The position numbers and the translations under genes were made by a program. A DNA stretch of 64,000 bases, from the NCBI RefSeq assembly GCF_039654945.1, contig NW_027361684.1, forward strand, positions 19,406,001 to 19,470,000, in the 5' to 3' direction. Source of the DNA: Dendrobates tinctorius (lineage: Eukaryota). Positions 34,201 to 49,200 of this stretch are shown one piece after another (positions within the stretch are counted from its first letter, which is position 1; the number at the start of each line of letters is the position of its first letter). Under the pieces are notes generated by a model. It had not been told where the DNA came from and ran no database searches. It saw only the letters and a list, made by a program, of their open reading frames with translations.

Positions 34201-37200
34201 ATATCAGATTGTTCTATTCTGAAATGAAGTTGACCGTGCTTTTTCAGATGCAAAATGTTAAAAAAAATATTTTGTTTTAAAAAAATATTCCCAAAAAGAT
34301 GGTTCTATATTCACCCGGTGGAATTGATCATATATGACAAAGCTGAAGGACTCAATAACCAATATGTATCGCTGCAGCGCATTGGTGACAGCGTTCATCA
34401 GATGATGTTCATCACATGACGCTCATTCAACCATCAAGTTACTTTTATTTAATGTATATGGTCTAAGATGTAAATTTGTAATCCATACTATTTCAATGTA
34501 TTTTCAGTTTAAAGGTACGGTCAAAAAGGGAAGATGCAAGTATATCAGATGTAATGGCGTTCTTCAAGCAAGCCGTGGGAGCAACTAGAAATTTTATCCG
34601 ATCAGCAGATTACTTGGAAGTCACTCGCCAACTGGTAACTGAGAAACTGAAGACCATGTACCCAGATGCCGTCAATGCCTCAGGTGCGCACCAATAATGA
34701 TGACTACACAGACTGTTCTCTAAATACAGTATTGCTCTTTCATGCAAAGCATGCCGTAAAGTGGCATGTGATGAAACATGTTCTGTAGCTTATTTTTCTC
34801 ACTGAATCTGTACTAAAAGAGTTGTTCACCCTGGGGAAATTTTTGGCAAGCACTGTAGCTCGCCCAATCGTAAGAGTGTGAAAAAAGTGGATGAGAATGT
34901 TGTTGTGGCGCCCCTGAGGGTTCAGTCGCCACAGAGGTACTGCACCTCCTCCTGAGGTGTGGTGCCCCACCATCCAGGTAAGGTGGAGACCCCTGACCAC
35001 ACTCCAACACCTGCAACCCACACAACACAGTAGTTCAGCAAAGCCACATTGCGGCTCCCTGCTTGGAACACGAAGCGTGCTGGGAGGCAGGTGGAGTTTA
35101 GATTGCACGAAGAGAGCGGGAAGAGGATAGGAGTTAGTCAGTTAGTCACAGGAGTCTGACGAGGTGGGACCTGTGTAAGGAGATCCCCTGAGAGGGATGG
35201 AGGAAGGAGAGTGCTGCAGCCGACCTCAGTGACCTGGGTCTGCTGGCACAGGAAAGGGACATTGAAAGAAAGCCTGACTCCCCATAAGAAGGAAAGGATT
35301 AGTATGGAACGTGAGGAGAGGATGAGAACAGAGGATCGAGGGTTAGAAGAGAACCCTTCCCAAGTTCTAAGCGCAAGGCCGGGGTCCGGTCCCCGAGGTT
35401 GTTTGGATGCTAATGGTCCCGCAACAGACACTGGAGGAATAGAAGTTTGTCATCACTTTATTCCCACACCAGACTTGGGGGCACAACAGCAACGAGATAG
35501 AGAGCCGGGACTTGGTAGCAGAGAGTCCCCGAAGCAGGCTACAGCTGTCTGTCGTACAAGTAGAGTTCATAGGAACATCGGACAGGAGGAACTCCAGTGT
35601 AACTCAGTACTGTGAGCACTTCACTCAAGGCGCTAAGAGGGAGACGCTCAGAAAAGGCACATAAGTTGGAGGAGTGTTGGAAAGGTGTGCTTCATCTTGC
35701 CTGGAGGTTGGCTGAGCTCCTGACCCGGAGGACATGGCACCGATGCGGGCTCTTGAGCCACAACAGACTGTGAGTAAAGCTTTGGAACTACATGCTCTGG
35801 TGTCCTCCACTTATTCCTGCGTCAACCTGCCCAGCACTGCTACATCCCCTGCGCCTGACACTACACCATCTAAGTGTTACCACATCTACTCTGCCCTGGG
35901 ACTACAGCCCTGCCTGTGGAGGGCTATACTATCATTGCTGCACCACACCATCTGTCCCAGAGGATCTGTCTGCAGCGTAGGCTTAACATCTACCTTGCCG
36001 AACACCACAGGTGGCGTCACGACTTATTCATTGACACTGAACATTTACAATGGGTGCCCAGGGCCACGGGCCGGGTCCCCGCTGCTGTGACATCTCTCAT
36101 TGAGGCTCATCAGGACCGGCACCGAGTACCCCACACCCCTGGGTGTGAGGGCGACCCAAAACTTGGCATCACGAACAGGATGACGAAGCCCGGTGCCACC
36201 GGGTTCTGTGTGCCTACGATTTATGGAGCTTAAAAGTTTGTGGAAATGTGCAGAAGACCCAATTTGATAGACTGTAAAATGAACGCTAAAAATGGCCGCC
36301 GGCGCGGAGAAGAGGGGCGTAATAATATGGGTGGTCCTAAGAAAAGACCGTGAACTGTCCTGGGCCTTCCCTGTCTGAACTTCTATGCAACTGCAACATG
36401 GCCCACTACCCCAAGGGGTTCGTATACTGGCCTGGTATGGAGGAGTAGGAAAAAGACGCCGCCCTCAGAAGGAGGAGCAGGAGCCAGTGGCGGGAAAAGA
36501 GTCGAGACAGGAAGAAGAAGGAGAGTGAGAAGACGCCATCATGGAAGGAGAGAGGAGGCCTGAAGGGCGAAGGGAGGTTGAGCTGAATCTCCCAGACGCA
36601 GCAACTGAAGGCTCCGATCTGGCTTCCACAATGAACCGCCGGCAGCTGGAGGAGGAAATAGCCCAGCTGACTACCCGTCTGCGACTGAGGCAGGAGGCAT
36701 TATGGAAGTTGAGCTGGCAGCACGCCCAGGAGGGGCCTACACCATCGGCACCTCCGGACCCGGTGCCTTCCCCGTTGGTACCTGCTGTTACAGCTGCTGC
36801 CCTGGTACCCTCACCTTCGGTACCTGCCACCGCTGCACCGGACTTTTCTCAGGCAGCACAAGTTTTTACCTCCACGCTGTCCATACGGCTGGTTGCGGCC
36901 TGTCCGGAAGAGTCACCGGAGACCCCGGGAGCTGAGGCAGTGCTCCCGCCTGGACCTGACGCGGCTGTGCAGGTCCCACCGGAGGCCCCTGCGGACCCAG
37001 AGCCACCATCTGCTCCACCATTGTCTCGGACCTTGGGTCTGACGGTGCCGGTGAACGTCGTGAGCGACGGGAAGCTCCAGGTATGACTGCCACCCCTCCC
37101 AACGGGTTAACCCCCGAGTTTGCATATAGTGAGGCCGGCATGCTTGAACTCCAAATGGGACAATTAGATGAGCTATGCTCTCAACTCAGGAACACTAAGC

Positions 37201-40200
37201 TTACTGCCATGGGGAAGTGGAAGAAAGCCCTGCTGAAAAGAGTGAGACTGGAGCAGGCGCGCCCCGTTCGACATCTTCTGATCCCAGCAGAAGAGTCTGA
37301 GCAGCTGATGGGTGTTACTATGCATCATGGGTTTCCTTTGCCACAGGTTCAAGACCCCCGCCTCAACCCTTACCAGCGCCCACAGACGCCAGAAACACCA
37401 GGCGTCAGGCCGAAAATCAAAACTGTGGTATCACCTGAACCTGAAGAACATCATCCAGTGGTACCAGCTGCAACCCCTGCGGGATCAGTGGCAGCAGAAT
37501 CACAACCAGCAGCAGCTGAAATGCTACCCTCACCAACAGATGCCAATTTGACTCCTTGGAAGAGAGAATACCTGCAATTTGTAGACAGCCAGCAACAGGA
37601 TGAATACACCCAGAGCATCTCCCCTGGAAGCAGCCCAAGCCAACAGCTTCCAGTACCCCAGGAGGAGCCTACCACCAACACTAAAGAAAAATAACTAACC
37701 TAACTTTGTTACCCAGGAGGGTATTTGCACCGCTGTGCCTTCTTCTATTTTTGTTCATCATGTTTTTTCTGTTTCCAATTTTGTTGCCCAGTTTGATTGG
37801 CAGCACTTTTTCCTCTGAACTGTGGAGATCATGGACACTGAATGATCCAGAACTGTGTTTGTAAATAGTTGCACCTCTTTAGGTGCCCTCTCTTGGTTTT
37901 ACATAGACCTTTTGAAGATAAGGACTACCTCATCTGGAGCATAGCTCCAATCCAAGGACACTGCAAGAGATCCCGGCTGGGAGCGGTGTCCAGCACTTAT
38001 AAGAATTATTGAAGTTTTAATGTGAAGCATTTGATAATGTGTCTTATGAAAGTATTAATAACTAGAGAACAGCTTTTATATAGGATTTAGGAATGTTTTA
38101 ATTAAGGAATGAGAGATCTGAATAAAATATACAGATTTGGAAAATGCAGGTGACGAACCAGGTATCAGCGGTTGTCACTTCAAGCTAATGATAGAAAGTA
38201 GAAAATGTGAAAAGGAAAGATGATAAAGAAATGTGTTGATAATGAAATTTGCACTTTTGAATTAGGACTCTAGATAGTTAATTAAGAATTGTTTGCAACA
38301 TTCAAGAAAGAGTGCCTCTCATATTGAGAAGATTAGATAAGTATTGTTTGTTAAGCACTGAAAAATTTTGTATGTTCCTGTATTTGTCAACTTTTGTTTT
38401 CTTGCAGCTCGCGGATGTGCTGTGTTTAACGGGGGGTATGTGGCGCCCCTGAGGGTTCAGTCGCCACAGAGGTACTGCACCTCCTCCTGAGGTGTGGTGC
38501 CCCACCATCCAGGTAAGGTGGAGACCCCTGACCACACTCCAACACCTGCACCCCACACAAAACAGTAGTGTAGCAAAGCACCCTTTGGTGGCTCCCTGCT
38601 TGGAACACGAAGCGTGCTGGGAGGCAGGTGGCGTTTAGATTGCACGAAAAGAGCGGGAAGAGGATAGGAGTTAGTTAGTTAGTCACAGGAGTCTGACGTG
38701 GTAGGACCTGTGTAAGGAGATCCTCTGAGAGGGATGGAGGAAGGAGAGTGCTGCAGCCGGCCTCAGTGACCTGGGTCCGCTGGCACAGGGAAGGGACATT
38801 GAAAGAAATCCTGACTCTCCATAAGAAGGAAAGGATTAGTACGGAACGTGAGGAGAGGATGAGAACAGAGGATCGAGGGTTAGAAGAGAACCCTTCCCAA
38901 GTTCTAAGCGCAAGGCCGGGGTCCGGTCCCCGAGGTTGTTTGGATGCTAATGGTCCCGCAACAGACACTGGAGGAATAGAAGTTTGTCATCACTTTATTC
39001 CCACACCAGACTTGGGGGCACAACAGCAACGAGATAGAGAGCCGGGACTTGGTAGCAGAGAGTCCCCGAAGCAGGCTACAGATGTCTGCCGTACAAGTAG
39101 AGTTCATAGGAACATCGGACAGGAGGAACTCCAGTCTAACTCAGTACTGTGAGTACTTCACTCAAGGCACTAAGAGGGAGACGTTCAGAAAAGGCACATA
39201 AGTTGGAGGAGTGTTGGAAAGGTGTACTTCATCTTGCCTGGAGGTTGGCTGAGCTCCTGACCCAGAGGACACGGCACCGATGCGGGCTCTTGAGCCACAA
39301 CAGACTAAAGTAAAGCTTTGGAACTACATGCTCTGGTGTCCTCCACTTATTCCTGCGTCAACCTGCCCGGCACTGCTACATCCCCTGCGCCTGACACTAC
39401 ACCATCTATGTTTCACCACATCTACTCTGCCCTGGGACTACAGCCCTGCCTGTGGAGGGCTATACCATCATTGCTGCACCACACCATCTGTCCCAGAGGA
39501 TCTGTCTGCAGCGCCGGCTTAACATCTACCTTGCCGAACACCACAGGTGGCGTCATGACTTATTCATTGACACTAAACATTTACAATGGGCACCCAGGGC
39601 CACGGGCCGGGTCCCTGCTGCCGTGACATCTCTCACTGAGGCTCATCGGGACCGGCACCGAGTACCCCACAGCCCTGGGTGTGAGGGCGACCCATTGTCA
39701 GCAGGTCACACATAGTTATCGTCATGTGAAGTCACTCGCGAGTGGAATTGAATCCTAACAGTGTGTATATTAGACGCTGTGTTAGGGTCTGCAGATCGCA
39801 CCAAATATAAATTATGAAAAGATGCGATCGTGACCCAGGGTCCTCCGTGCGGTGATGGAGGAACCGGAACTAATAAACAATGGCAGAGGCATGCGGTAAG
39901 CGATCACAAAGAACACACGGAGTTAAATGTCACCATGTGTGGACTGAGTACGAATTACCGTACTCTGATAACTTCTCAGAGGGGTAAGTACCACAATAGT
40001 ACTGCCACTAAACTGACCGGCACAAATTGGCGCACAGTTTAGAGGAATGGCGCAAAATACGAACCCCTGTTACTTCACAGGGAATGTAACCCATTCACGG
40101 GTGTAAGCTACTGTGATCCCACACAATCCTGCCGGAATTCCTAATGGCTCTAAAGCCAGCCCTGTATCCACACAAGCAAGCTCCTCTCCGGTTAGGGCCG

Positions 40201-43200
40201 GAATTCCAAGGGGCGTAAAACTGGCTCTAAGCACACGCTGACAAGGGTCACACAGATACTGTGTTCACACAGACACGTTACATGAATGATGCTAGCACAC
40301 GGGTGTGTGCACCTGAGACCCTTTTATACACATGTCCATTCAGACAGGACCTTGCTTGAGGACCATTCCGGAACTGCCACAGGATCTGAGCAGCTGACGA
40401 CTGACCACCTTGCATGCTCAGTAGTGTGATTCCCTGACAGCCTCAGGAACGTCTAATCGCCGCTGCCTATCTTTAGTTACTATAGCTGAAGCTGAGAGCC
40501 AGCAGTAAGCAAACGAAGAGCATGAGTCTGAGCAAGACGCTGAGACCGACATCTCTGCTGAGCAGGCTCCACTGTGGCCGGAGTAGAATGGGGTACTGCA
40601 GAGGGAGATAAGGCTTGGGATCTACCTTGTTCAGAGGGAGAATCCTGGCACCTAACATGCTGTTAGGCCTCGTTCAGACGTCTGGGTTGTTTGTGTTTTT
40701 TTTTCATGGATTCAACACATACTCATCATAGCCTATGGGGTATTCAAATGTCTGTGTATTTCATGGACCGTGTGTCTGTGCAAAACACACAGACATGTCC
40801 GTTTTTATATATAAGTATATGGATCCGTGAAAAATTCATAAGTCTATGGGTCTGTGAAAAATAGGGGCTGCACAAGGATGGCTTCCGTGTGTCACCCATG
40901 GCTGTATGTGTTTAGCATTGTAAGGTAGAGGAGAAGCTTTGTCATTTACTTATTTCTTTATCCATCTGTGAAAAACACATGGATGGCATACTGATACACA
41001 GCACTGATGACACTGGAACCATTTTTTCACGGATGTGCGAATGAGGCCTTAGGATTCAGAAATCTGCAGTGCCTGCTGAAAATTGCTCACCTCAGTGGAC
41101 AATCCCTATAATGTATGAGAAAACGAGCTCTCATTCTTACCTATATGTAGCATCCATTCATATCTTCTCTGCTGGAGGATATTGCTGCTGTAGGGAAGGT
41201 GACCTGATGGACGGACTTGTCTGTAGGGAGAGAAGGGATGGTTGGTGCACTGAAGATGGATGCTTGTAATAGTAGAGGGGAAACAGCTGGGGAAAATGGA
41301 ATAGGAGAGCAGTACCTAAGTTTGACCACAAGATGGCAGGGGGGAGCGTGAGAACAGGACTTGACAGCAGCTTGGGGCTGCGAAAATGCTTAGTCATGGG
41401 GGGCGGGGAGACAGGAACCCAGGAGGGAAATTCCCAGGAGGGGGATAAATAGGACAGGAGAGGGTTCCAGACGGTTCCTGTCCTGGGAGGAGATCAGGAG
41501 GAGAAGAGACAGTGGAGGAGAACGAACAGTAGAGGTGAGCTCGACCAGGGCACTGAGGAGAAAAGAATTCAGGGGGGTGGCCCCGACACGAAGAACCGCA
41601 GAACAGAGGCCCCGGGGGTACCAAATTGACCACGACCTCGGACTGGTGAAGCACTGGCGGTAGATAGGCCTAGGGAAGCCCCAGTGAAAGAGCCGCGAGG
41701 AACGTCGCTATGACAGAAGGAAGGTGCAGGTACCCGGGCCTGAATACGGAGAGCTGTAAAGGTGCTGCGGTGTATTGCTGCGGTCGTCAGGAGGACGGCC
41801 AATAGACTCGGACCTGTTGTACCCGAAAATCTGCCTCCGTCTCGTCTCTGTGTCGTCTGAGCGCGATAAGCAGTGGACCACCCCCCAATCTGGCCCTTAC
41901 AACACTGCAATTATCTAATCTGTACATTTTACATGTTAAACTAGTAATATAGCAAAAAAAACAACCAAACAAGCAATAAACAATTAATGTGCACTTTACT
42001 CTGCAGTTTTTCTGACATCGGAACAAAATCAAATAATTTCCCAACTGACTGGATGCGCCTATCAGTACCTGCCAAAGGTGTGTGAGCCTTCACCATACCG
42101 CAGCATTACTGGAGAGTGTAATAATAGGTAAGGAACCTCGTCGTGCACAGAAGTAATACACTGCCTTATACAGTCATATGTTAAAGTTTGGGCACCCCTA
42201 TTAATGTTAACCTTTTTTCTTTATAACAATTTTGGTTTTTGCAACAGCTATTTCAGTTTCATATATCTAATAACTGATGGACTCCGTTATATTTCTGGAT
42301 TCAAATGAGATTTATTGTACTAACAGAAAATGTGCAATCTGCATTTAAACAAAATTTGACCGGTGCAAAAGTATGGGCACCCTTATCATTTTCTTGCTTT
42401 GAACACTCCTAACTACTTTTTACTGACTTCCTGAAGCACTAAATTGGTTTTGTAACCTCATTGAGCTTTGAACTTCATAGCCAGGTGTATCAAATCATGA
42501 GAAAAGGTATTTAAGGTGGCCACTTGCAAGTAGTTCTCCTATTTGATTCTCCTATGAAGAGTGGCATCATGGGCTCCTCAAAACAACTCTCAAATGATCT
42601 GAAAACAAAGATTATTCAACATAGCTTTTCAGGGGAAGGATACAAAAAGTTGTCTCAGAGATTTAACCTGTCAGTTTCCACTGTGAGGAACATAGGAAAT
42701 GGATGAACACAGGTACAGTTCTTGTTAAGCCCAGAAGTGGCAGGCCAAGAAAAATATCAGAAAGGCAGAGAAGAAGAATGGTGAGAACAGTCAAGGACAA
42801 TCCACAGACCACCTCCAAAGACCTGCAGCATCATCTTGCTGCAGATGGTGTCACTGTGCATCGGTCAACAATACAGCGCACTTTGCACAAGGAGAAGCTG
42901 TATGGGAGAGTGATGCGAAAGAAGCCGTTTCTGCAAGCACGCCACAAACAGAGTCGCCTGAGGTATGCAAAAGCACATTTGGTCAAGCCAGTTACATTTT
43001 GCAAGAAGGTCCTGTGGACTGATGAAACAAAGATTGAGTCGTTTGGTCATACAAAAAGGTGTAATGCATGGAGGCTAAAAAACACAGCATTCCAAGAAAA
43101 ACACTTGCTACCCACAGTAAAATTTGGTGGAGGTTCCATCATGCTTTGGGGCTGTGTGGCCAATGCCGGCACCGGGAATCTTGTTAAAGTTGAGGGTCGC

Positions 43201-46200
43201 ATAGATTCAACTCAGTATCAGCAGATTCTTGACAATAATGTGCAAGAATCAGTGACGAAGTTGAAGTTACGCAGGGGATGGATATTTCAGCAAGACAATG
43301 ATCCAAAACACCGCTCCAAATCTACTCAGGCATTCATGCAGAGGAACAATTACAGTGTTCTGGAATGGCCATCCCAGTCCCCAGACCTGAATATCATTGA
43401 ACATCTGTGGGATGATTTGAAGCGGGCTGTCTATGCTCTGCGACCATCAAACTTAACTGAACTGGAATTGTTTTGTAAACAGGAATGGTCACAAATACCT
43501 TCATCCAGGATCCAGGAACTCATTAATAGCTACAGGAAGCGACTAGAGGCTGTTATTTTTGCAAAAGGAGGATCTACGAAATATTAATGTCACTTTTATG
43601 TTGAGGTGCCCATACTTTTGCACCGGTCAAATTTTGTTAAAGTGCAGATTGCACATTTGCTGTTAGTACAATAAACCTCATTTGAATCCAAAAATATAAC
43701 TGAGTCCATCAGTTATTAGATTTATGAAACTGAAATAGCTGTTGCAAAAACGCAAATTGTTATAAAGAAAAAAGGTTAACATTAATAGGGGTGCCCAAAC
43801 TTTAACATATGATTGTATGAGCAAGCTGACAATAGCATTCAAAGCATGAAATATATATCAAAATATTTGGGATAAAGCTGTGATTGAAGATCCTATAGCC
43901 TGTAACTAGTGATGAGCGAGTATGCTCGTTACTCGAGGTTTCCCGTGCATGCTTGGGTCTCAACCAAGTATTGCCGATACTCGGATGCGATACTCGGAGC
44001 CCTACCCCGCATGTTTCGTGACTTTTAATGCAGCCAATAAACATGGCTACAGTTTAACCGTGTATGGCAGGCAAACCCTGCATCTTTCTTTAAGCCATGC
44101 AGCATGCAAGGCAAGGATCTGAGCATCGCATCCGAGCACTGGCAAAACTTGGTGAGACCCGAGCATGCTCGGAAACCTCGAGTAACGAGCATACTCACTC
44201 ATCACCACCTGTAACAAGAGACAATATCTAGATATGGTAATGTAATATATGTTACATTTAGTTTCCCTCGAAATATAAGATCTGACAACTTTATTATATA
44301 TAAAATAAGGTCAGGAAGGATAAAGAATATGTTGTAGAGAATAAACTGTAAAGATGACAAGGTGTCAAGAGCACCACGAGATAGTAAGGCTGATCTGTCT
44401 AATTCTAGCTCTACTGTAGGGTATTTTCACTGATTAATCCAATTGGAGTAAAGAAGAATTAACATTAAAATGTCACTTTTAATGACAAATGTTATGTCAA
44501 TTGTTTTTGTTTTACTATTATTAAAACACACACAAGTGCTTAGTCAACCGCAATATTCCAGTGACATCCTTATTGAGATCTGCAGTTTCAATCTTAAACC
44601 TGAGAAGATAACCGCCCTTAACCCCTTAACCCCCAAGGGTAGTTTTCACATTAATGACCAGGCCAACTTTTACAATTCTGACCACTGTCCCTTTTTGAGG
44701 TAATAACTCTGGAATGGTTCAACGGATCTTGGCGATTCTGAGATTGTTTTTCGTGACATATTATACTTCACGTTAGTGGTAAAATATCTTCGATATAACT
44801 TGCGTTTATTTGTGTAAAAAACGGAAACTTGGTGAAAATTTGGAAAATGTTGCCATTTTCAAACTTTGGAATTTTGTGTCTTTAAAACAAAGAAACATGT
44901 CACAAACAATAGTTAAGAAATAAAATTTCCCATATGTCTACTTTACATCAGCACAATTTTGGAAACAAAATTTTTTTTGTTAGGAAGTTATGAGTTAAAA
45001 GTTGACCATTGATTTCTAATTTTTACAACAAAATTTACAAAAACATTTTTTTAGGGTCCACCTCACATTTGAAGTCACTTTGAGGGGTCTATATGGCAGA
45101 AAATACCCCAAAGTGAAACCATTCTAAAAACTGTACCCCTCAAGCTGATCAAAACCACATTCAAGAAGTTTATTAACCCTTCAGATGTTTCAAAGGAGCA
45201 GAAGCAACATGGAAGGAAAAAATTAATATTTAACTTTTTAGTCACAAAAATGATTTTTATCAACAATATTTTTATTTTCACAAGGTTAAAGTGAGAAAAT
45301 GCACACCCAAATTTGTTGTACTATTTCTCCTGAGTACGCTGATATCGTACATATGGGAGGGACAACCACTGTTTGTGCGCACGGTAGAGCTCAAAAGGGA
45401 AGGAGCGTTGTATGATTTTTTCAAACCAAAAATTGGCTGGAATTGAGATCGGACGCCATGTTGCATTTGGAGAGCCCCTGATGTGCCTAAACAGTGGAAA
45501 CCCCCCACAAGTGACCCCATTTTGGAAACTAGACCCCCTAAGGAACTCATCTAGATGTGTGGTGAGCACTTTGAACCCCAAGTGCTTCATAGAAGTTTAT
45601 AACGCCCGAGCGTGAAAAAAAATCCTATTTTTTCCACAAACATGATCTTTTAGTCCCCAATTTTTTATTTTCCCAAGGGTAACAGGAGAAATTGGACCCC
45701 AAAAGTTGTCCAATTTGTCCTGAGTACGCTGATATCCCATATGTGGGGGGGCAACCACTGTTTGGGTGCACGGTAGAGCTCGGAAGGAAAGGAGCGCTGT
45801 TTGATTTTTTCAAACCAAAATTGGCTGGAATTGAGATCGGACGCCATGTTGCATTTGGAAAGCCCCTGATGTGCCTAAACAGTGGAAACCTCCCAGAAGT
45901 GACCTCATTTTGGAAACTAGACCCCCTAAGGAACTTATCTAGATGTGTGGTGAGCACTTTGAACCCCCAAGTGCTTCATAGAAGTTTATAACGCCCGAGC
46001 GTGAAGAAAAATCCTATTTTTTCCACAAACATGATCTTTTAGTCCCCAATTTTTTTATTTTCCCAAGGGTAACAGGAGAAATTGGACACCAAAAGTTGTT
46101 GTCCAATTTGTCCTGAGTAGGCTGATATCCCATATGTGGAGGGCAACCACTATTTGGGTGCACAGCAGTTCATTCTACCTCCCAAAAATTGGAATATGCA

Positions 46201-49200
46201 ATTATCCTGTGCTCTCCACTGAGCGCTTTCATCAGGGTTTTGATGATTGATCCTATTTTCATCCTTAGAAGTTGGATGACTGTCATGCATTTATCACTCC
46301 ATATGTCATGCGAGTGTGCATTTTTTTTCCTCACCTAACATCCGTATGACATCTGTATGATATGTGAATGAAATGCGCTTTTAACATAATCTTTTACATT
46401 CTACAATACTACTATATGTAACTTAAAGCTAGTTTTCAAAGTAATAAAGAACTCTTATACAAAAATATACTGTAGATAAATAGATAATATAAATATATTG
46501 GATGTCCTTTATTTGAAATAACCACACTGAAAAAAGTCCTTTAAGGCTAGTTTCACACTTGCTTTTTTTTGCAGCGCGTTTTTCCCGCAAAAAAACGCAT
46601 TGAAAAAACGCATACAAAAGCATACAACTGCTGCGTTTTTTTCAAGCATTTTTATGAGCATGCATGAAAAAAACTCAGCGTTTTTATGCGTTTGTATGCG
46701 TTTTTAGTGCGTTTTTACCGCGTTTGCGTTTTTTTCCAACATTTTTAGGTGGCCCCTCACACTACCCAAACCATGACTTTACTAACCCTAACCCTGACCC
46801 TAACCCTAACCCTGACCCTAACCCTAACCCTAACCCTGACCCTAACCCTTAACCAAATCATACTTAACCCTAACCCAAACNNNNNNNNNNNNNNNNNNNN
46901 NNNNNNNNNNNNNNNNNNNNNNNNNNNNNNNNNNNNNNNNNNNNNNNNNNNNNNNNNNNNNNNNNNNNNNNNNNNNNNNNNNNNNNNNNNNNNNNNNNNN
47001 NNNNNNNNTTAACCCTAATCCTGACCCTAACCCTGACCCTAACCCTAACCCTGACCCTAACCCTTAACAAAACCATACTTAACCCTAATCCTGACCCTAA
47101 CCCTGACCCTAATCCTTAACAAAACCATTCTTAACCCTAACCCTGACCCTAACCCTAACCCTGACCCTAACCCTAACCCTAACCCTGACCCTAACCCTAA
47201 CCCTAACCCTGACCCTAACCCTTAACAAAACCATANNNNNNNNNNNNNNNNNNNNNNNNNNNNNNNNNNNNNNNNNNNNNNNNNNNNNNNNNNNNNNNNN
47301 NNNNNNNNNNNNNNNNNNNNNNNNNNNNNNNNNNNNNNNNNNNNNNNNNNNNNNNNNNNNNNNNNNNNNNNNNNNNNNNNNNNNNNNNNNNNCCCTAATC
47401 CTGACCCTAACCCTGACCCTAACCCTTAACCAAACCATACTTAACCCTAACCCTGACCCAAACCCCAACCCTAACCCTGACCCTGAACCTAACCCTAACC
47501 CTAAACCCCCTTAACTAACCCTAACTCTAACCCAAACCCCTAAATTCCATGGTTAAAAAAAAAAAACGCATATGCAAAAAAACGCATACATGAGCATGCC
47601 AGTGCGCACATATGCGCATCCATAGGCTATAATGGCCATTTTTAGCGCAAAACGTGCGCATATGTGCGCATGCGCTTTTTTGCAGGGCCAAAAAATGCAA
47701 CATGCTGCGTCTGGAAAATACAAACGCACACCCCAAAAAAACGCAGCGCATGAAAATCGCATACATGCGCTTACAAGCGCGCAGGTATGCGCACCCATGT
47801 TAAATATAGGGGAAAAAACGCATGCGCACATATGCGTTTTTTTCCAGCGCTAAAAAACGCAAATGTGAAACCAGCCTAATTGACACTACTCGGGCCTCTT
47901 TTACCCATTTATTAGTGTAAAATAAAAAGCTAAAGTTATACAGTCACCTGTCCATTGATAATCCATAGTGCTGATGTCCCATGATGATCCCCATCTCTGC
48001 TATATCTGGTTGCATTCCCGAGCGGTGACATCAGTAACGCGACCACTCAGCCCACATCCAGATGACACTGAGCTGAGTGTGAGAATGCAGCTGTGCCTGA
48101 CTGGTGGTAAACTTACTGACGTCACCGCTGGTCGCATGCAGGTGTGTTCTCATGTTTGGCTCAGTTTGAGCTAGTTGCCAGGCTGATCAGTAAAAATTTG
48201 TCACCAGTCAGCAATGCGACTAAATGTAGCAGAGTTGGCGATCGTTGTGGGACATATGGATTATCGGCGGAAAGGTGAGTATAAATTTGATTTTTTATTT
48301 TTATTTATATATTAAAATATCGGTAAAAGGGGGTTGGGGAGTATTTATTTCAATTAAAGGACTTTTTTCTATTTGTGTCTTTCCAACTTTTCACTATGGG
48401 GTTACTAATTTGGGTGTCAGATAGATGCCTCTCCACTACTAACCCCTGGGCTTGATGTCAGAGAACATAAAACAGCTAACATCAACCACAAAACTATTAC
48501 ACCACTTGCCACAGCACCAGGGCAAGTGGGAAAAGTCGAGGCTAAGCACCAGAATTGGTGCATGTAATGGATGCACCATTTCTGGGGTGGCTGAGGGCTG
48601 ATGTTTTTAGTCTGGGAGGGGGCCAACATCCATGGCCCCTTCCCAGCCTGTTAATGTCAGCACACAGCTGTCTATTTTTTTAGTGTTCCCCCCATTTTAA
48701 TAAGCAGTAAAGGGTATGCAGACAGCTGTGGGCTATTATTAATAGCCTGAGAGGCTTCAAGGATATTGGCCTCTTTCCAGAATAATAACACCTGCCCCCA
48801 GCTGTCCAGTTTCCCTCACCTGGGTATTAAAAATAAGGGGGACACCTTTTATTTATTTATTAGTTAAATATATGTACAGTAGAATACACAAGCAGGGCAG
48901 GCAGCCCAGGCAGCTGCCTAGGGCCCCCGCTCCCCAAGCTAGTGGCACATCACGCAACCACTATAGGACCCCTGTAAGGCAGGGGGTCCGCCTGCCGCCA
49001 GCGCCGACTCCCCCCGCCACCGAATTGAACTGATGGAGAAGAGAGCGTCAGCTGACGCTCCCTCTCCCATCATTCCCCACTCTGCCTCTGACACACAGCG
49101 GGTGAACGGTGATGTCATCGCGCACTCACTGTGTGCCAGACAGAGCAGGAGACAGGAGCCTGGAGCAGCGAGGGCACGAGGAGGTGAGGAGTGTTTTTTT

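Noticed and set aside
44470-44703. ORF with a signal-peptide-like N-terminus
   Set aside because: Runs directly into a transposon terminus; no splice or homology support.
46781-47545. True chromosome end
   Set aside because: Enclosed by TIRs, and the peroxidase exons continue in phase on both sides.
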